The notes under the pieces were generated by a model. That model saw only the letters and a list, made by a program, of their open reading frames with translations. It ran no database searches and was not told the DNA's origin. From Octopus sinensis (Eukaryota), in NCBI RefSeq assembly GCF_006345805.1, contig NC_042999.1, positions 90,396,001 through 90,460,000 of the forward strand: a DNA stretch of 64,000 nucleotides, read 5' to 3'. The position numbers and the translations under genes are program-made. Of this stretch, positions 1-12,934 are shown in pieces (positions within the stretch are counted from its first letter, which is position 1; each line of letters begins with the position of its first letter).

Positions 1-430
1 TGTTCACTTCTTGATGTAAAGATAAAATACACGACAACTCTCAACATAGAAGAGGCGACAAGAATAACAAAGAATATTGTTTTCAAAAATGTTCTTCCCT
101 TAGATTATACATTCAACAATACCTAAGTGGACTTTACACCAATCAAGAAACAATTGCTTCACACAAAATAGAATTTCAAAAGAAATCATGTATTTCATGG
201 TTCTCTATAAATTTCTACTTGTCTTATTTTTATCAAAATAACTGAAAATTCTATAGCTACTGCTAGCGTAAATATATTGCAATAAAACACTATCTGCTTT
301 TTGCTCTCTCCTTAGTAAGCTTAGAAAATTTTAAAACTCAGTCTTTGATGAATTTTAGTCTACTCAATATGATTATCAACAACATTTAAAACTTTTGCTT
401 ATAAAAATATTTTGAGACTAAATTTTACAT

Positions 431-1922
431 TACAAGGGTGGGATGAAAAGATGCTAGAGCTGTGAAATCTTGCATGCATTAATTTAAATCTTCTTATCAA
501 TAACTGTATTGTTTCTTTCCAGGCAAACTGACATATGACTATTCAAAGATGACTTCAAAAGTAACTAGTAGCAGTTTCTCTTGCAAGTGGACAAAATTTG
601 GTCTTGTGATGTTATTAAGTACCTGCAGAAAAAGGGTTTAGCTCCCCTCAACAACAGTCATGTAGACAAGGTTGCTACATTAGAGAATGACACTCCAGCT
701 TTATTAACTGTACAAAAGTGGGAAGGGAGGGTCTTGAAGATGACTCAAGATCTGGACATTCTACAACTACCATTACTGAGGGAAACATTGATTGCGTTCA
801 CCACATGGTGATGGATGACAAGTGATTGACTATAAATCAATTAGCCAATGTTAATAGCCTATCCTGTGAGAGAGTTGAGAATATTCAGCACAATGAACTT
901 GGCAAGATGAATGTTTCTGCTCAGTGAGTGTCATGTCTTCTAACACCTGATCAAAAGTGCACCAGGTTGATCACATCACAGAAAAATCTGATATTGTTTT
1001 AGGCAGATCCAGCTGGTTTCCTTGAATGTTTCCTAACCCAGAATGAATGTTGGGATCATCACTGAGTTAGAGAGAAAGAGACAATTCATGCAATGGAAAC
1101 ATCTCTTCTCACCAAAGAAGGCCAAGGTAGTTTCATCTGCAGAGAAGGTGATGATCACAGTTTCGTGGAATGCAAAATGGTATTGTGATTATTGATTAAT
1201 CCCTGACTGGCTCCTGTGCCAGTGGCATGTAAAATGCACTATCTGAACATGATCAATGCCAGGCCTGCCTGACTGGCTCCTGTGCCAGTGGAATGTAAAA
1301 ATCAGTCACTACACTCTCAGAGTGGTTGGTTTTAGGAAGAGCATCCAGCTGTAGAAATATTGCCAGATCAGATTGGAGCCTGGTGCAGCCGCTGACACTC
1401 CAGACATCACTCAAACCGTCCAACCCATGCCAGCATGGACAACAGACATTAAACGATGATGATGATCAAAAGGACCATACTGTCAATAGAGAGTATTATG
1501 CCAGCTTGCTGAGGCAGTTACAAAAGGTTATCAAAACAAAACACCCAGGAAAAGAAGACTTATTTCATCAGTAAAATGCTCCAGCACACAAGTTTTTATT
1601 TCAGTGGTTACTGTGTATGACTGTGGCTTTGAACTGGTTGATCACCCTCCCTATTCTGATTTGGCCCCATCTGACTCATCTATTTTCCAACATAAAAAAT
1701 ACTTGATTGGGAACCAGTATTGCAGTGATGATATACACGTTGTTGATGGCCTTTTTGATCAACAGGATGAAAGCTTTTTCATCAATGGGATCCAAACACT
1801 GCAACACTGATGGAAGAAGTGTGTAGACTGCAAGGAGGAATATGTTGAAAAATAAACCTCATTTGGTCACATTCCATGAAAGTATCTTGGTCAGCCTATG
1901 AACTTTTTAGCTGAACCTCACA
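431..1922 (+). mobile_element. Decayed mariner (Tc1/mariner) transposon, interrupted by an RTE-type 3' tail
   Basis: Frameshifted pieces give mariner transposase motifs: IWSCDVIKYLQKKGLAP (N-terminal HTH region), KAKVVSSAEKVMITV, HTVNREYYASLLRQL, LFHQ*NAPAH, HPPYSDLAPSD, FFINGIQTLQH*WKKCVDCKEEYVEK*. Left end TACAAGGGTGGGATGAAAAG looks TIR-like. Many stops. Confidence 0.9.
1198..1467 (+). mobile_element. RTE-LINE-type 3' UTR/tail fragment nested in the mariner
   Basis: Duplicated CTGACTGGCTCCTGTGCCAGTGG sub-repeat, then ...CCAACCCATGCCAGCATGGA...TTAAACGATGATGAT tail; the same tail follows RT-coding sequence at 58138-58965. Confidence 0.8.
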
Positions 1923-2177
1923 CTACAAGCCAAAATAACTATAACTAGATAAATTCAAATTTCATCAGCTTTATAATTTTAGAAAAAAAGAACAGTTCAT
2001 TTTTGAAACAAAAGAGAAATAGGTTTAATTTGTCCTAATTTGTTTGTTACTCTTAGGTAAACAAATGAAGATTTGATAAGCTATTTTTGCATCTTTTTTT
2101 TTCTTTGGTATGATCACAGTTAAAATACACAAATTCTAAAAGCAATTTTGACCAGTTTAAATTGAATAATAACTTAC

Positions 2178-2788
2178 CTTGTGGAACCTTTTGAGCCACC
2201 AATTCTGCGTGTACAACTTCTGTCATGACATGCATCAATTAACTTTCGTAAGAGAAGCAGACACTCTCGAAATGTAGAGAAGAAAGGATGATGGCTGACA
2301 ATGCATAGTGATGTTAGGGTATTATTCCTAACCCGGCTGGCTGTTTTTAGACGTCGTCTAGTCCTTGGTGATCTTTGTGGGTGATCAGTGTCTCCATGAT
2401 GGGGTGCTAATTTATTGGGATCTCCATAATGATCATAACGATCACGAGACTTTTCACTTGAATGAGTTTTCCGTTCAAAAGGACGGAAAAAGTTTACACA
2501 TATTCCATATCGAACAATTCCAGAATCTTTTTCAGTTAATGTAAATACAAAAGGTGTAGTTTCTCGCAGGCTAGTTCTTCTGGGCCCTTCACTGATGCAA
2601 CCTTCTGGTTGACAGAAGAAGATAACATCATTTGGAAGTGGGAAATCTTTGTGGTCTTCAACTGGATAACGACGAAGCAGCTCAGGTGTTTGTGCTACAT
2701 TATTATTATGATATGGGTTGCGAGTTCCCACAATCACAATATAATCCAACAGTCGTGGTGAAAAGTATTTTTTCATGTATTCACACAT
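2178..2788 (-). CDS. MADD: First coding exon of MAP kinase-activating death domain protein (DENN-domain Rab3/Rab27 GEF), uDENN region; partial gene continuing left of the window
   Basis: Translation KKYFSPRLLDYIVIVG..VAQTPELLRRYPVEDHKDFPLPNDVIFFCQPEGC..FVFTLTEKDSGIVRYGICVNF..RNNTLTSLCIVSHHPFFSTFRECL closely matches the recalled N-terminus of vertebrate MADD. Ends at a canonical donor AAG|GTAAGT (intron starts 2177, phase 2). Start ATG at 2788 or 2776. Confidence 0.96.
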
Positions 2789-2991
2789 TGTAAGTGTGAA
2801 CGGTGTATACTTTCGAATTATAGGTATGTGCTAGTGATAGCACAATGGTTATTATGTAATAGGTAGATAGTAAGCAAGCATCTTTTCCAGAAGAACTTCA
2901 ATTGTAGTTGTTTTCATTCATTTCAGTGGAATGACATAAACCAACTAGCATTAAACTGGTGGAATATAAATCCATAATTGTGACAACTAAC
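2789..2991 (-). other. MADD: 5' UTR part of the MADD start-codon exon with its splice acceptor
   Basis: Minus strand TTTCATTTATTTTGACAG|GTTAGTTG: pyrimidine tract plus CAG, exon start at 2991; contains upstream ATGs. Confidence 0.7.
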
Positions 2992-5610
2992 CTGTCAAAA
3001 TAAATGAAATGGAACAAATGTAATGGAAACAATATTATTTAAGATTCAATAACCAAAACACATTTTCATATTGAAAATTAGTAAAGTTAATATCTAGTTT
3101 GAAGATTGGTTATTTCATTTTAATTGTGATAAATTTAGTTTATTTGAACTTTTATGTAAATTTAAATAATAATGGTGAAACTCACACAGGGGTTAAGAAG
3201 AACAATAGGAAAATTATACCAAGTGGATTTGTAATTTGACTAAGACTATTTCAAAATTATGTGTGAATTTGTAAAAGATTATGATTATTTCAAGAGAAGT
3301 ATTAGCTAGAAAGGAAGTTATATATCAATAATGTTAACCAAAAGAAAAAATTCAACTGCACTCTATGTGGAAAATGGGAAGAGTAGTAGTAAGAGGAAAA
3401 TGATAACAGCTATCAAGGTCATGCTTAAAGAGTTCAACTTTGGTTCTTATTGCAGTTCTTTAGATTGTTTCAGTTTTTACCTAAAAGGGTTTGCACTAGC
3501 ATGTACTGTTTTAGCTGTTCATAAATGCTGACTTTTCTCATTGATATCTGAAATTAGTTAAATAATCAATAATTTTATTCCCATGCCAAATCTTGTGAAA
3601 GATGTACATGTGTCATCTTGCTTCGTAGTGTGTGTGTGTGGTGTGTGAGTATACATAAATATTATGACCATCATCATCATCCACTTTTCTATGCTTGCAT
3701 GAATTAGACAGAATTTGTTGAGGTAGATTTTCAAGAGTCAGATGTCTTATTTTGTCACCTGTCATGCCAAGATATATATATATATAATGTATATATTTCA
3801 CATGCACAAGACATTAAATTGTATCTGGTGGTAAGATTCCTGCTGTGGAGCTCAGGAATTTTGTGGAGTATGTTGTTTCTCCTCAGATAATACTATTCAT
3901 GAGACTGTTCTGGCCTAGGGTAGTAGTATGAAGATGGTACTGTGGCCAAGACATATAAAGCTCAGAAAAGGGTTGCTCTCTAGACAAGTATCACAGAAAT
4001 CTATAGATATGTAGGCCATGGACTGATGTCATGTGAACCAGTCCCACCGCTTGGAGGTTAAATAGGCCCTGTACCCCAAGGACAAGCTTAGGAGAAAAGA
4101 CTAGCAGAGTAAGCAATAAAAAATACTAAAGCCTCTAGGCATGGTTCATGAAGAGATGCTTGCTAACTTGGTAACCTGCTTTTCAGGAAGAGATACTAGC
4201 TAAGTTGGCAGTCTGCTGCTAAATAAGAGACTTTTACCTATTTATTTCTTGTTTCTTTATAACTGAATAGATTTCCTAGCTATGATTATAAGTCCTGGTG
4301 CATGTCCTGTTGTTTTACACTTGGAATAATACTTTGTTGCATTGAAATATAGGTATATATATTCATCAAAAGGCATAACAATATTGAAATAAAAGAAACA
4401 CTTAATAGATTAAAATAAATATTAGCTTTTAACTATTATTTCTGTATGTGACATTATATAAAACAAAGCAAACAGAAAATTTTGACTATCAATGTTGATG
4501 TATACAATCATTTTCATGATTGGGATGCCTATGAGATCTTGGAAAAATAAAGTAATTTTGACGAGTAAAAATTGTCACATCTGATGGATTCCCAACTCTA
4601 CTAATAGAAACATCCAACTGACCATGTGTGAATATGTCTATAGTAACTAATTAAAATTTAACAGAGAAAAATGAATATTTATTTGTGTGTTTTTTAAGAA
4701 ATTTAAAGGACTGAGATTCATCATTTTCTTTTCATTTAATAAACTTCTTTAAGAGGAACATGCATAAAGAGGGAACAAGAGATAGTATTTGATGAGAAAT
4801 TGAGGTGAAAACAGCTATAAAATGCTGCTGCGGTGTTACTTGACTTTGTGAAATTACACATTTTCCATTCATGACAAATTGTGCAATAATAAAATGCATT
4901 TTAAAATGGCTATAAGAAAATAATTATTCAACTACTGTCTGAAATGGTGGCACAGAGGAAACTGAAGTGGACAGTGCCTGCAAGTCATTTAGGTTAGTTA
5001 TGTATTGCATGAGAGATTGGGGTAAACACAGTGAAAGACAGGTAGATAAACACATAGTGTTTCTTATTGTGAAGAAAGCAATTTAACAAAAAAGAGAACA
5101 AATATTTATTTGTCGGTTTTCTTATGAGAAATTTCAGGAACAAAGATTTATAATTTCTTTTCATTTTGTAATAAACTTACTTTGATGAAATTTTATTTTT
5201 AGAAGTGGTAGATGACCATGCTGAGAAATATATGGGTGTCTACCATACATGCATACAGAGGGAGAAAGTAAGAGAGAGGGGTGGTGGTTGCAAACCAAAC
5301 TGGAAGGAATGTTACAGACAAACAAATTTCACAAGAATCATAATAATGATTACAAAATCACTTGCCATCAGGCTTCACATAAGATAGATTCTGTTACACA
5401 TTTTTTTTTTCAGCAACAGGAAATATCTCATGCCTTATCACGGCTTTCATAAAGCCAAACCTGAATCACTCTCTTGGCAATTGTCATTATGAAGACAGTT
5501 TCTTATCTGAGACTGCCCTGGCTAAATCCATGTATCATTGCGTGTATGTATATATATATATATATGCAGTGAGAGAGAGAGGGAGAGTGAGATGTATGAA
5601 AATATACATA

Positions 5611-5815
5611 CAGTAATCCCTTGCCATATTGTGGTTTATTAAGCTTATGTCGATTCTTCTGTGGTGTTGTTTTGCATTTATAATAAAATAAATATATACA
5701 AATTATAAAAATAATTTAAAAATATATACCGTACAGTTCTGTTTCTACTTTGCGGATTTTCACCTATCATGGTGGGGTTTGGAATGTAACACTCGCAACA
5801 GTCGAGGGATTAGTG
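5611..5815. mobile_element. Tc1/pogo-like MITE
   Basis: TA then CAGTAATCCCT at the left, AGGGATTAGTG at the right (imperfect TIR); non-coding interior. Confidence 0.6.
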
Positions 5816-6139
5816 TGTGTGTGTGTATATATATATATATACACACACACATCTATCAATATATGTGTGTATTTGTATTGCCATTATTCTCCTGTTATAA
5901 TAAAAGAGTAGCCTTCTTCTCTACAGTTCAGATTATTAATGCCTTTAGCTGGATATCTTTGTGCTCTGACCAAATAGGTTATTCATGATTGGTAGGAATA
6001 ATGCAAAACCATAATGTAGAAAAATCTACCAATGTGTAAGAGCCAGCTGAACTGCTGCCAAATGATGATACAAACTCTCTTCCTTTCAGGTGAACAGGAA
6101 GCTATCCATGAATACATTTTCCTGTCAGGTTGAAAACTG

Positions 6140-7620
6140 CAGAACTGCAAGTATTCTGGAGAGATTCTAGAGATACTTCAATAGAGGTATGTAGTTGTAT
6201 GTTGTGTACAAGAAGACAGAACTAAGACAGATTCCTTAAAAGCAAGGAATACAAGTACACATTAATCTGGTTGGTGAGCAGCAACAGAGTAGCAGTGTTG
6301 GTAGAGAGGAAAAGTAGATGAAGTAACTGAAGTAGTCAGAATATGTGATAGAATAATTAAGCTTATACTAGTCTTGGCTAATAAAATGTCACTAATCTCT
6401 GCATATACACCACAATCAGGACTGCTTCTATGATGCTGTCTTGCAGACTATGATGCTGTATTGCACTATCTTGAATGATAGTGATCTCATTATCATGGCT
6501 ATAATAAATATGTCTATTCCCCAAACATGTGGAACATTTAACAGAGGAAGGACTAGCCACAAGTCATCAAAGTCAACAGTAGTTTGATTCCAAATGCATT
6601 AAAGATATGAACCCAGTTGGATATTCAGAGTAGTTGCACTGAAACTTAAAATGTCTGGTGAAGTTGGTCAGTTAGATAATTCAGGGAGATGATTGGCATA
6701 ACTCAATGATTAGTATAACAGTTCCATCATCAAGTGCAGCAAAAGCAAAGGAGATGCACCAGAGAAAGGCAACCCATTGGTACTCTGTCACCTATGATGA
6801 TGAGGGTTCCAGTTGATCTGATCAAGGGAACAGCCTGCTAGTGAAATTAACATGCAAGTGGCTGAGCACTCCACAAACATGCAAACCCTTAATATAATTC
6901 TCAGGGAGATTCAGTATGACACTGAGTCTGACAGGCCCTTTGAAATACAGATACCATTAACTTTTGCCAGCTGAGTGAACTGGAGCAACATGAAATAAAG
7001 TGTCTTGCTCAAGGACAAAACATGCTGCTTGAACCAAACTTGCAGCCTTATGATCATTAGCTGTAAACCCTAACCACTGAGCCATGCACCTTACTGAAAG
7101 GCAACTACAAAGATATCAAATTGATGGTCCAGATTATGAAAGTTGTACAATTAGTTATAGTACAATTATGAACAAAATTAGTCAAGCTGAGACATAATTT
7201 GGCTTAGTGCTGGGCAGAGTAATTAATGATACTGGATTCTTAATAAGATAAAATGAGGATCTCGAATGTAGAGCATTTGTGAAAACTAGAAAGAAATGAA
7301 GTGAGTGTGTTCCAATGTATGTGTAATATGAACAACTGGGCACAAGCTAAGTGAGATTAAAGCTGGCTATAAGAGTAATCAGATGTAGTAAGGAAGAAGA
7401 CTATGCTGGTACACAGGCTTGTGATATGGTTGAAGGATGTCAGTTATATAAAGAAGTGTTCAAAGTGGATGAAACATAGAAAAAGGAGACCTAACAAAAT
7501 ACAATAGAGAAGATGTTGAATTTCACAAATGAGATGACAAATGATTGTTATGAGGGGTGATATTATGGTACTGGAGAAGAACAGTCCACCTAACCAAACA
7601 GTGCAAAAGCTTGTTTAATT
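6140..7620 (+). mobile_element. Highly decayed RTE-clade LINE (APE endonuclease and RT/3' remnants), split by a SINE
   Basis: VVVCCVQE and VDEVTEVVRICDRIIKLILVLANKMSLISAYTPQSGL are typical of the RTE apurinic endonuclease; later remnants resemble the 3' part of the 12935-14710 element. Confidence 0.65.
6790..7092 (-). mobile_element. tRNA-derived SINE
   Basis: Minus strand begins GGTGCATGGCTCAGTGGTTAGG (A-box-like), followed by GTCCTTGAGCAAGACACTT central segment typical of SINE bodies. Confidence 0.7.
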
Positions 7621-8087
7621 TGTGGTAGTGTTGGAGGCTCTGATCACTGTTATCCTCACACTTATCATTCACTTTCTCTCTTATTCATGTTACTATGCTG
7701 CCTGTGTATCAAAAGATAACATTTTGAATATGCTTGTGTTCAATACCCCATCAAAAGTCATTCATTATCAATATCATAGGCCATCTCTAATGCTATTCAT
7801 TATTCTCTTTTATCATCTACCATCTTTATTGCAATCCGTCATTCTTTCTTGCTCTCACATTACTCTCTCTTCTATTACACATTGCTGACATACAAAATTC
7901 TCTTATCAATCTCTCTCACTTCCTTTACTCTCTCCCATCACCTTGTCTTCTTCTCCCATTGTCTTTCCATATTACGCCACTCATGCTGTGCTTCCACTCA
8001 ATCATCTTACCAGCAAACACGTAGCAACCATCACTGTTACTCTTTCAATTACCCCCATAATTATTTCTTTCGATAATTTTCCTACCA

Positions 8088-8982
8088 TACAAGGCGATAT
8101 CAAAAAGTTCCTGGACTAGTTCTGTAATGCACCAAGAGATGGCAGCACACGGTTGTGTGTGCAGTAAGAGCTATCAGTGACTTTCATGCAGTGTGCTGAG
8201 TGACATCGCTGTGTTTACTTCGCAAATAGTGAAATTTGTATTTTTGTGAGCACGTGTATGTTGTAGTCTACCATTTTGTCATGGACAGGAATAAAGAGCC
8301 AATGTGAAATTTTGTGTTAAACTTTGGAAGTCTCTTACAGAGACATTCAGCATGCTTCAGCAAGCTTACAACAATGAAGCAATGGGTCGTATACAATGTT
8401 TCAAGTAGCATGGGTACTTCAAAAGCAGAACATTCCTGGAAGACGATGAGCAATCTAGAAGATCTGCCATGAGTACTACCCCAAGAAATGTGGTATTGTG
8501 CATTGAGAATTCAACCCCCAGAGCTAGACCATCAATTGAGAGTTCTGTTGTAACATTTTGAAGCATTTGAAGGAGGACATTTAGTCAAAGTGACTGGATC
8601 TGTGGAGCAGGAAGAATTGGATTCTTCACTGAGCTCCCCTCACTTGTGAGTTTCTTGCCAAAAACAACATAGTTTCACTTCCGCACCTGCCCTATTTGCC
8701 ACATTCAGCACTTGTGGACTTCCATCTCTTCCCCAAGATGGAAATGCATCTGAAAGGTTGCTGTTTTAACACCACTGTCAAGATCCAGAGCAAATCACTG
8801 AAGGTCCTCAACTCACTTAAGGAAAACAACTTCTAGGCCGGATTCCAAAATTGGCAAGAATGCTAGGACCAGTGTATTGCTGTGCAAGGTGACTATTTTG
8901 AAGGAGATGTTAAAACTTAGGTAAATAACTTAATTTATTATTAAACATAACTAGTCCTGGAACATTTTGATACCACCTGATA
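8088..8982 (+). mobile_element. Internally deleted mariner element with both TIRs and TA target site
   Basis: Left TACAAGGCGATATCAAAAAGTTCCTGGACTAGT versus reverse complement of right TATCAGGTGGTATCAAAATGTTCCAGGACTAGT; interior relics CVKLWKS, LEDDEQSRRS, EFLAKNN, HLPYLPHSALVDFHLFPKM, CIAVQGDYFEGD. Confidence 0.92.
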
Positions 8983-9094
8983 CTGTCTCTTTTTCCATCC
9001 TGTTATTACTTTTTTCTACTCCAGCTTCTCAGTCACGTTGTCTTGAATGAATGAAGACAACAATAGAGAACTCTTCACTCTTACTGAGTACAAA

Positions 9095-9655
9095 GCAACT
9101 TTACTAGTGCTGGTGCTATGATAAAATGCACTCAGTATACTTGTAAAGTGGTTGGCATTAGGAAGGGCATCTAGCAATAGAGACAATGTAAAATTGAAAC
9201 ATATGAGCGATATGTAGTCCATGACCTGTCTAAAAAGTACAGTAACTCCAAATAACTGGTTTGAATCATTACAATTCATCTATCCATGCCATGATAGAAA
9301 ATGGATGTAAAAAGATGGATGATGATGAATTAAGCTAATAAACGAGATTCATAGATACCTAAAGCTTTCCCCCAAAGCAACAAAGTACCTGGATGAAACA
9401 GTCACAGAACAAAAAGATCTAGTGTTAGAATGAGATAAGTTTTCCAGTTTAGAGCACTTAGTGCATTTTGTAAAGTGGTTAGTCTAAGGAAGAGGATCCA
9501 ATTATAGAAATCATGCCAAAATGGAACACATGAGCAATATGTGGTTCCTAATTTCTCTAAAAGGAAAGTAGCTTCAAATAATTGGCTTGAAGCATTACAA
9601 CTCATTTATCCATGCCATGAGGGAAAATGTACATAAAAGTAATGATGATGATAAT
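9095..9655 (+). repeat. Two adjacent decayed copies of an RTE-type 3' tail (about 9095-9330 and 9450-9655)
   Basis: Both contain TGTAAAGTGGTT..GGAAG.G.ATC..ATAGA..CATTACAA.TCAT.TATCCATGCCATGA..GAAAATG and end in (GAT)n. Confidence 0.7.
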
Positions 9656-12600
9656 GAGATTTTGCAACATAAATTCATGGAAACCAAAAATTTTTTAATT
9701 TCTCAAAATTAAAAAAATGCCTGGATCGATCAACAAAGAAAGGAACAGTAGTTTATATTTCAGAACAGGTAGTGTAATGACAAGTAGACAGCTAATGAAA
9801 CATATCAAATGAATTACATTTATGGATGAATCATTGAGTTACCAAGATAGTTAAACCTAAGATTGTTACCAATCTGTATGTCAAATCCATTGAAAATTGT
9901 CATTTATTCAATCCATTTCAGATTTCTCAGGCAATTCTCATAAGAAAAGCATTACATATAGCAAAGAAGTGGCAATGCAACAATTGCCACACTCTTTAAT
10001 TATTCCCCTCAAAGTCGAGTAGATGACAGCTGCCTACTAAATTATTCAATTCAGTTCAATTTATTGTTACTGTATAGAAAGGTAATGATAAATCATATAA
10101 CAGCTCAAGTTACAATAACAATACATATCAAGCATTAACATACAATAACATGCATACATACAATACTAAAATACTGTAATAATAATAATGACACAAAATA
10201 ACATTATTACATTGAAGTATAAAAGAAGATATAAGAATGGGAATGATTTGGGGGCAGTTTCCATTACCAACTACAGCCATGTAGCAATTATCATATATTT
10301 TAGTGCCAGTTGATGAGCATCTCTGAATAAAAGTTACTAAGTTTGGAATTGAATTGCTGATTTTATCAAGGATTCATTTTCAAATAGAATATATATTAAA
10401 ATGAGAAATAAAGATAATTTTTATGGTGCAAACGGTAAAGAGTAGTATCAGTTACACTATAGAAAATAAAATTAGGATAATATAGGTAAAATTTGAAATC
10501 TGCAAATCATGAGCTGGGTCTGTTCTGCTGGACTTATAAAGTAAATCTGACATTCAAGGGGAGCGGGGGAGAGAAATGTAGTGTATTAGACATGCTAATT
10601 GCTGTTTATGATATGATCAATGACACAAGCTGAATATAAATAGGCAAGCTGATAACAGCAAGACAGATGAAACATGTGGAGCAATCAAATAACTCCAACG
10701 GTTTTCAAGAGAACTGAAGACTAAACAAAGACAGTTGGACAGATGAAATACAGTAGACTGATGCAACCGATGAAAGAGGCATAAAATGATGATTAACATT
10801 GCTCATTAATTCGCTAATGAATAAGCTATTTTAACTCTACTTGTAAATTAAGAGAAGGAGAAATAGCCAAGCTCAGAATGTTTCAAAGTATTTAGTTTAT
10901 TCTACCAAGTTCTCTGCTCAAATTTTACAAGTATCAACTTTGCCTTTAATTTCCCTAGTGTTGATAAAAGGAAGGATGTAATTGATAAATTATATTCCTT
11001 CCCTAAGAGCAATGACTTCAACCCAAGTAAAAAGAAACCAATATTAGATTGTAATTTTCTAAAAACTAATGAAAACCACACTAAATGTGCATAGTTATTT
11101 AATAAAAGTGTTGTAGTAATCTCATTAGAGAAGAAATTTTGTAAGGACACAAAAGAATACATCCGCAATTTGTTACTATGTAATACAAAATAACCTATTT
11201 GTTTATATTCTTGAAAAAAAAAAATCAATGAATGAGTTGATGAAATAAGTTTGTCTGAAACATTCCTGCAATGCAATCATGTGCAGAAATATAAAATCAA
11301 TGTGATAGAATGTTTGGTTAATTTAATAAATTGATAAAAGGCATGACATTTTGGTGAACCTTTAGTAGCTGAAATGTACTCATATATGAAAGACTCATGA
11401 ATGTTGATCAACCATGAAGAAGCCATTTTTAATTAGCCTTCCCTTTTGTTGAAATGTATAGCAGTAGCTTGGAGGAATAATTATCACTGAAGCAAATTAC
11501 AATTTTAAAAGGAAATAAAATCTATCTTGTTCCTTAACTTAATTCCACTTATATCAAAAATCTACTAACATATTAGAACAGAAATTACTAGATTCTGCTT
11601 TCCATATGAGGGCACACTTCATTCTGACCAGTCCTGAAAAATTTATTGTGTTCAACAATGCAGTGGGAATCTAGCAATCAGTTATTGTTTCAATTTCCCA
11701 GTAATTATTTATCACATGTGCAAGATAGCCACAACAGCCTTTATGAATCAAAGTAGTTTCTGTGTAATTGCTGAATCCACTAAAAACAAAAGCAAGAAAA
11801 AAAGAAAAGAATGCATTGGAAAATGTAGTCCTAGATATACAAAATATGGGATGGTCATGGCTGAAATGCTTTTGATAATAAAACTTGAGGAAGGATGAAA
11901 AGAAGCTAAACAATACTCCATAGCAACACTTTCCTATCTGGAGTGTTTAATCTTTTTCTAATGCCTCTCAGGTGTCCACAAAGGCAACTTCCCATAAAAA
12001 ATATTTGTAGAAATTGACTGACACATTTTCCCAACCTAGTAAAACATACTCAGAGTAAGTTCTAGCATTTGTGTATTTTTTTAAAAATAGAATACTGCAT
12101 GATGGAATTAGTCATTAAAATTTGAATTAGAAGTTTCTATCTGTAGCAAGCTCCAAATTAAGGCCCACCATTAACTTTCTCTTATCTGTTCTAATATTAC
12201 AATCTAGACAACCTAAAAGACTCGATGTTTTAATTGTAGTCTATATGATTTTTAAAGATATTCAGTCAGCTGAAGAGCACCCATGATCCTTGCAAGTCTT
12301 CCTTGCTGAAGATTAATGCAGCTGATGTTCAGCTTAAACTTCTGAAGGCCAAGACCTGCAGGAAAAAACTTAGACAAGGATAGATTCCAGAGGATTAATA
12401 TCTCTAAAGTATGAGACATATGAGGATGACAAGATGATAAAAGATAATTATACTGGGTAAACTTAATAGAAAGTACTATACAGTTTGCTAAGTCAACAGA
12501 TCAGAGCCATCACTGAAATGTTAGCTTAGGGAGAAGAAATAGCACACTGTGAGCCATTGGTTTGTAGTAACAAGACAAAGCTGCTGGCTTCAGGGAAAAA

Positions 12601-12934
12601 TCCTCTTTCTATTAACCTATAGATATTTATATTTAACCCTGGATACTTACTTCATTAATGTGCGAAAGGCTGACGAGTTTATTGTTGCTGCTCTCTCCTC
12701 CAGTGACTAAAAGATTAGAATAAAAAATTAGATGTTGTAAGAGATTACACAGGACATTTATTACACTGAAAATATTTGAAGCTAAAAATGTCTATTAGTT
12801 ATGTGCATATCCTGTCATTTTAAAAGAGATATTTACCAGCTGAAGTAATCCTGGATATAATAGGGTAGAAAAGAAAATGAGATGGTCATGGTTTGACTGC
12901 TGGTGAACATATATAAATATATATATATATATAG

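Noticed and set aside
10902-11276. 124-aa hydrophobic minus-strand ORF inside the predicted MADD intron
   Set aside because: F/L/S/I-rich composition expected from AT-rich non-coding DNA; no homology recognised.
12290-12372. Strong minus-strand acceptor TTTTTTCCTGCAG|GTCTTG within intron 1 as a ratchet point or extra UTR exon
   Set aside because: GTCTTG is a poor donor and no clear partner donor was identified; such acceptors arise by chance in 22 kb.
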